A program made the translations under genes and the position numbers. The notes under the pieces were generated by a model that saw only the letters and a list, made by a program, of their open reading frames with translations, made no database searches and was not told the origin of the DNA. Positions 59,472-64,000 of a DNA stretch of 64,000 nucleotides are shown piece by piece; the first letter of the stretch is position 1, and every line of letters starts with the position of its first letter. The stretch spans positions 480,001 to 544,000 of the forward strand of contig JAWAWX010000001.1 of the NCBI GenBank assembly GCA_038897215.1, given 5' to 3'. The stretch is from Acidilobaceae archaeon (lineage in GTDB: Archaea > Thermoproteota > Thermoprotei_A > Sulfolobales > Acidilobaceae).

Positions 59472-60319
59472 GCTTCAAGTTGTTCAACAGGTCTCCCCTC
59501 GTACTCGGCTGCTGTCAGCAGGCTCACACCACGCATGGCTGCAACTCGAAAATGCTCAGCTAGGTATCCTCTATAGCTCCTGTCTCTTAGGAGATGGTGG
59601 TCAACTATCAGGTAATCCGGTCTAGCTTTTTCTATCAAATAGAGTAGGTTAGCGAGGCCCTTCTCCGCGACTCCGCGGCTAAGCTTCGACCCCTCTAGAT
59701 AGGTTGCTGGACCACCGATTACCAGATATCGCGGCCTCCTTTCTGACCACTTGACTAGAATCTCGAGAGCCTCTCTATCAACCGGTCCTTGGGTATCGCT
59801 TGCGAAGATCGCTACCTCGTCCTCACACTCTATCCTAGCCATCAGCACTTTGCCTACAACGCTCTCCGCTTCTCCGTGCCAGACAGGGGGCGACATCTCT
59901 ATAGTCAGGTCTCTAGCTATAGAGAAGAGTCTCCCATCGCCGAACTCTACTCTAGCCTTATCGATTAAACCGCTTTTCTTCAAAAACCTATGGCTTCTCA
60001 TTCTCTGACTGAAGTTTATGTCGCGCTGAGGGTTCTTGACTATGAGCGTCTTCCCAGCGTAGAGATCTGCATGGTCCTTCATGTAGTGGTCGTAGTGGTA
60101 GTGTGTTATGATGATTAAGTGAGACTCGGATAGAGCTACTCTGATAGAGTCGAGCACCTCCTCGAGTCTCTTCAGCTCCAGTATATGAGGAGGGAGACCG
60201 AACCTGACTGGAGCTAGAGCAGCCCCTAGATCTACGCCTATTATGATATCCCTGCATTCTACGAGCGTAGCTAAGCTTCTAACACCCATGCTGTCTGCTC
60301 CTAGAATTCGTAGTCTCAG
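59417..60319 (-). CDS. UPF0282-family metallo-beta-lactamase-fold hydrolase (probable CTG start at 60319)
   Basis: ILGADSMGVRS, ITHYHYDH, NFSQRMR, WHGE, ASDTQG, DHHLLRD. Confidence 0.88.
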   Translation of the reverse strand: MRLRILGADSMGVRSLATLVECRDIIIGVDLGAALAPVRFGLPPHILELKRLEEVLDSIRVALSESHLIIITHYHYDHYMKDHADLYAGKTLIVKNPQRDINFSQRMRSHRFLKKSGLIDKARVEFGDGRLFSIARDLTIEMSPPVWHGEAESVVGKVLMARIECEDEVAIFASDTQGPVDREALEILVKWSERRPRYLVIGGPATYLEGSKLSRGVAEKGLANLLYLIEKARPDYLIVDHHLLRDRSYRGYLAEHFRVAAMRGVSLLTAAEYEGRPVEQLEAWRRELWGIESRSRHSSS

Positions 60320-60472
60320 ATCTCGCCACCACCTACCTAATAGCTTCTAGTCTAGAACCCTTTAAGAAGGTCTTCGCCGCCACCGACTAGACTCAGATTC
60401 TGGTTAGAACCGTTAGAGCCGGTGAGGAGACGCTCTCCGAATATACTCACCGACTATAACGCGGGGGCTTCA

Positions 60473-60724
60473 GTGGAGTCTCTGATTCAAGCGGTCGAGG
60501 AGTGGACGACTAAAATCACGGCGCTAGCTTGGGCTCTTCTTCTCCTAACCTGGAGTATAGCCTGGACTCTTAGAGGATCCCCTATACCGTTAGCTAGGGT
60601 AAAGAAGTTTGGTAGTAGTCTCGCTGAAGACGCTGTATGGGCTGCTTTCTGGCTTGCGATAGGGGCTCTAGTATTCAAAGTGATAGTGTATATCGCAGCA
60701 ATCCTGACGAACGCCATCAGGTAG
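60473..60724 (+). CDS. cedA1: DNA import protein CedA1 (pilin-like, two TM)
   Basis: WSIAWTLRGSPIPLARVKKFG..LAEDAVWAAFWLAIG; first gene before cedA and cedB homologs; GTG preceded by GGGGG. Confidence 0.85.
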   Translation: MESLIQAVEEWTTKITALAWALLLLTWSIAWTLRGSPIPLARVKKFGSSLAEDAVWAAFWLAIGALVFKVIVYIAAILTNAIR

Positions 60725-60727
60725 AGA

Positions 60728-62098
60728 GTGGTGACTGAGAGTCTCGTCATTCTAGCCCTGAAGCTCGCTATGCTCACCTTCTATCTAGGTGTCTTGATAT
60801 ACGCGCTTCCTATCCCTCTAGCTAGGCTTAAGAAGCTCGCTCCCGAGTCTATGGTAGACGCTGTATACGCCTGCCTCCTAGCTCTAGTCATTTTCAGCAT
60901 ATACGATGCATCGAGCAGAATAGCCTACCATCTAGGCGGGTCTTGGGGTCTTTTTGAAACATGGCTTCTTAGCGCGCTAAGCGTATCTGCTACCGTGAAG
61001 ATACTCGAGAGCCTTCTACTCTTCCTCCCGTTTATCTCGAAGATCTCTCCTCTACTTAGCGCCATCATATCACCCTTATCCAAAATGGCTACTCTAACAA
61101 TCATGCTCTGCGTTCTGCTAGCCGCTATAGCTACCCTCGTCAGAGTGTATGGGTATATCCTGATCGGTCTGGGGCTCGTTCTCTACGCTCTCCCCTTTAG
61201 GATAGGGAGAGATGCTGGAGCATGGCTGATAGCGTTCTGCCTAGTCTTTAACATTGGCTTGCCGTTGCTACCTGTGTTTATCGCGCAATTAGAGCCAGAG
61301 AGGCATCAGCTCCTCTCACCCGATACGTTCACTGTTCTCAGAGTATCCGTGACGAGCGCCTACGGGCATCCCGCTAGCTTCGGGGTTTTAGTGATCAGAG
61401 ATGAGAGTGGGAGCGATATCGCTGTATACGAGCTCTCTGAGGATGGCTTAGCGATGTCTAGCTATACCTCAAACTCTAAGATTGTAGCGCTCCCTACCAA
61501 CAAGCCTCTGTATGCGTCTCTTCAGTACGCGGGAGTAGAGTTTAGGCTTGCTCCTCGACCTTTCACCGTTAGCTCTAAGGATAGAGAGGTACCTCTGACG
61601 TCTCCCCACTTGATCCTCGTAGCGAAACCCGGCGTTATAGTCTTCTCGTCTACCACATCGCATGAGCTGAGTTTTAAGGATGGAGCGTGGGTGATTAGAG
61701 TTAAATCGAATACCGGAGACTACATAGACGTCAGGTATCCTAGACTCTGCAACGTGAATGTGAAGCATTACGGTGATGTCGAGATCAAGAAGGGCATATG
61801 GAGGTGGAGAGGTGTAGAGGGAGAAGCTCTCAGATTCATCGCGAACAAGCCTTCAGAAATAGGCGTCGAGGTCTCTCTGGGAGCGTGTGAGACACCCGCT
61901 TTCTCCAGTGTCTCTACGAAAGACTATCTGGACTATGTGGCGACTCAGCTAGCTCTAGTGGACTGGAATATATTCAAGACGTATGTTCTATACTATCTCA
62001 CAGTGCCCGCGCTGTATGTGACAACTCTCTTCCTAGCTACTACTGCTGTAGCGAGACTTCTCGGAGGTAGAGGCAGGCTTAGTGTAAGAGTGGTGTAG
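60728..62098 (+). CDS. cedA: DNA import membrane protein CedA (VirB6-like) with an extended ectodomain
   Basis: FYLGVLIYALPIP..RLKK.AP.M.DA (paralogous to CedA1), ALPFRIGRDAGAWLIAF.LVF.IGLP.LP.F. Confidence 0.85.
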   Translation: MVTESLVILALKLAMLTFYLGVLIYALPIPLARLKKLAPESMVDAVYACLLALVIFSIYDASSRIAYHLGGSWGLFETWLLSALSVSATVKILESLLLFLPFISKISPLLSAIISPLSKMATLTIMLCVLLAAIATLVRVYGYILIGLGLVLYALPFRIGRDAGAWLIAFCLVFNIGLPLLPVFIAQLEPERHQLLSPDTFTVLRVSVTSAYGHPASFGVLVIRDESGSDIAVYELSEDGLAMSSYTSNSKIVALPTNKPLYASLQYAGVEFRLAPRPFTVSSKDREVPLTSPHLILVAKPGVIVFSSTTSHELSFKDGAWVIRVKSNTGDYIDVRYPRLCNVNVKHYGDVEIKKGIWRWRGVEGEALRFIANKPSEIGVEVSLGACETPAFSSVSTKDYLDYVATQLALVDWNIFKTYVLYYLTVPALYVTTLFLATTAVARLLGGRGRLSVRVV

Positions 62099-62100
62099 TC

Positions 62101-63636
62101 ATGGTCTCTTTTATCGACGTGACTATAATAATTCTCGCCGGGCTATCGCTCGCTCTAATCGCTAAGAACATGTTCTCGACTAGAGACGCGTTGTATCCGC
62201 TGATCTCTCTCAGAAACTCTACGTGGCTAGAGCTCGAGGTCGATGGGAGGAGGTATAGGGGGGTAGCGCTTGTAGCCGAGCGGGTTCCTGAAGGAGACCA
62301 GGTCTTAGCGGAGAAGCTGGGAGAGATAGCGAGGTCTCTGGGAGCGGGTTTGACTATAGTGTCTACAGTGTTCACATCGAGTAAGAGCAAGCTCCTCAGC
62401 TACATAGACGACGAGCTTAGGAGAGCGGAGTTCGCTTACGACTCAACTAAGCATGTGAGATACTTTGAGAGAATCAAGTTCCTGAGAGAACTCTATAGGA
62501 GGGTCTCGGCTGACCATAGACCTCTCATCGGCTCGCTCGCTGTAGTGCTCTGGATTCCTGAAGACGGTAGGCCTGCTAGAGAGGTAGCTAGCTCTTTCAA
62601 AGCTCTCCTCGAAGCTGAGACGGGGATATCGTTCAAGGAGGTGAACACTAACCGCCTGCCGGAGCTCTTGAGACCTCTTCCACTAGAAGAGTCTTTGAAG
62701 CTAAGACCCCTCATGCTCTCTCAGAGAATGCTAGATGAGCACGAGGGAATAGTGATAGGTAGAAGCGTGGAAGAGCATAGCACTATCGCTCTCTCGTGGC
62801 CGAGAGATTTCGAGGCCCATATAGGAGTCTTCGGGTCTACGGGGAAGGGGAAGACTGTTCTGCTAGCAGGAATAGCTGCTCAGCTAGGAGCTAGGTCTGA
62901 GTCTCGACTAGATCCCTACATGGTGTTAGTCCTGGACCCTAAAGGAGACCTAGCTAGGCTCCTCTCTAGGGTTGCGACTAGAGTCGTGGATATCGATAGA
63001 GACGCGTGCATCCCGATGCCTCGCACTGACGGCTTGGCTCTAAAGCTTCTAGACTCTAGCAGAGAGACCTCTTGGAGCGAAAAGACAGAAGTCCGTGTAT
63101 GCCGAGGGTCTCTTCTAGAGCGTGGACTCATAGTATACGATTTCTCTCGATTAGAGAGTAGCGATAGAAACGTTGCCGTAGCTCTAGCTCTCTCAAGCCT
63201 TCTCGTCGAGGCTGAGGAAGAGGGGCTACCTGGAAGAGTCGTAGTCGTTGTGGATGAGGCTTGGAGGATATCCGCCAACCTGGCTTTCCACTTAACCCTA
63301 GCTACCAGAGAGGGGAGGAGTAAGAAGCTACATTTGATCTACGCTACTCAATCACCCATCGATGTCCCTCCAATAGTCTTAGATAACACGAAAACCATGA
63401 TGGTCTTCGGGGGATTCACTAGGAATTATGTAGAGCTAGCACATAAGCTGGGGCTAGCAAGTCCCGAGATTCTCCTCAAGCTACCAGTAGGGTATACTGT
63501 GTTAAAGATAGGCGATAGACCGCCATTGCTAGTACTAGTCTATAATTTCGAGGAGCAACTACTAGAGAAGAGTAATGAAGCATCCTTTCCTCGAGTGTGG
63601 AGGACTCTAGACGCTAGTGGCGCTAAATCGACTTAA
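62101..63636 (+). CDS. cedB: CedB, membrane-anchored HerA/VirB4-like ATPase
   Basis: N-terminal TM helix, HIGVFGSTGKGKT, LDPKGD, VVVDEAW, REGRS, ATQSP. Confidence 0.85.
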   Translation: MVSFIDVTIIILAGLSLALIAKNMFSTRDALYPLISLRNSTWLELEVDGRRYRGVALVAERVPEGDQVLAEKLGEIARSLGAGLTIVSTVFTSSKSKLLSYIDDELRRAEFAYDSTKHVRYFERIKFLRELYRRVSADHRPLIGSLAVVLWIPEDGRPAREVASSFKALLEAETGISFKEVNTNRLPELLRPLPLEESLKLRPLMLSQRMLDEHEGIVIGRSVEEHSTIALSWPRDFEAHIGVFGSTGKGKTVLLAGIAAQLGARSESRLDPYMVLVLDPKGDLARLLSRVATRVVDIDRDACIPMPRTDGLALKLLDSSRETSWSEKTEVRVCRGSLLERGLIVYDFSRLESSDRNVAVALALSSLLVEAEEEGLPGRVVVVVDEAWRISANLAFHLTLATREGRSKKLHLIYATQSPIDVPPIVLDNTKTMMVFGGFTRNYVELAHKLGLASPEILLKLPVGYTVLKIGDRPPLLVLVYNFEEQLLEKSNEASFPRVWRTLDASGAKST

Positions 63637-63674
63637 AATAAGCTCTCCTCCCCTGATCCCAAGTAGGGGGTAAG

Positions 63675-64000
63675 ATGCCTAAGATCGTGGTATTCTCAGG
63701 TCCCGCGGGAGCGGGGAAGAGTAGCTTGACAGCCGCCTATGGGAGATGGCTTCGCGAAGTACAGCATATAGAAGCATCGCTAGTCAACATCGACCCAGCG
63801 GCAGAATTCGTGCCCTACGAGCCTAGCTATGATATCAGACTCTTCGTTAACACTAGAGACTTGATGACAAAGCTCGGCTTAGGTCCTAATGGAGCTCTAA
63901 TGAAAGCATTAGAAATAATGAGTAAAGACATGGAGAGATACGTGAAAACGATAGCCGGGCTTCCGGGAGACTACGTGTTGATCGACACTCCGGGCCAGAT
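63675..64000 (+). CDS. GPN-loop GTPase (3' end runs off the window)
   Basis: Manual translation: MPKIVVFSGPAGAGKSS...VNIDPAAE...LGLGPNGAL...LIDTPGQ. Confidence 0.92.
   Translation, partial: MPKIVVFSGPAGAGKSSLTAAYGRWLREVQHIEASLVNIDPAAEFVPYEPSYDIRLFVNTRDLMTKLGLGPNGALMKALEIMSKDMERYVKTIAGLPGDYVLIDTPGQ

Overview
A gene-dense, mostly core-genome window from a thermophilic crenarchaeon (Thermoproteota, most like Desulfurococcales/Acidilobales). This placement rests on archaeal-type MAT, exosome, proteasome, Spt5 and TrpB2 genes, crenarchaeal small proteins, BHB-intron tRNAs and a Ced locus. Main contents: five tRNAs (Met-CAT with a 37/38 intron, Thr-TGT with a D-arm intron, Leu-GAG, Ala-CGC, Ala-GGC); a decayed ABC exporter between two tRNAs; secE-spt5; the psmA-SBDS-rrp4/41/42-L37Ae operon; DRG, YchF and GPN GTPases; heme O synthase; moaA; a KaiC-like ATPase; a complete alternative (siroheme/Ahb) heme cluster at about 23.6-34.3 kb; icd, guaB, mat, glmM, trpB2, rnhB and nep1; and a cedA1-cedA-cedB DNA-import locus. 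The most notable unannotated signal is a pair of intergenic box C/D guide sRNAs (8238-8298 and 55077-55141) that share a non-canonical, covarying C/D motif (AUGAUAG/UUGA); one is complementary to the 23S peptidyl-transferase loop. A third, canonical C/D candidate lies at 44194-44247. Other oddities: a Q-salvage (QNG1/DUF2419)-like glycosylase with an Fe-S loop, a Pop5 with an N-terminal TM helix, a +1 frameshift that cuts the wHTH domain off a membrane-anchored regulator, a probable CTG start, and conspicuous CTAG/TAG usage. No CRISPR array, integrase or IS element was seen. All product calls come from motif recognition only; no database searches were run.
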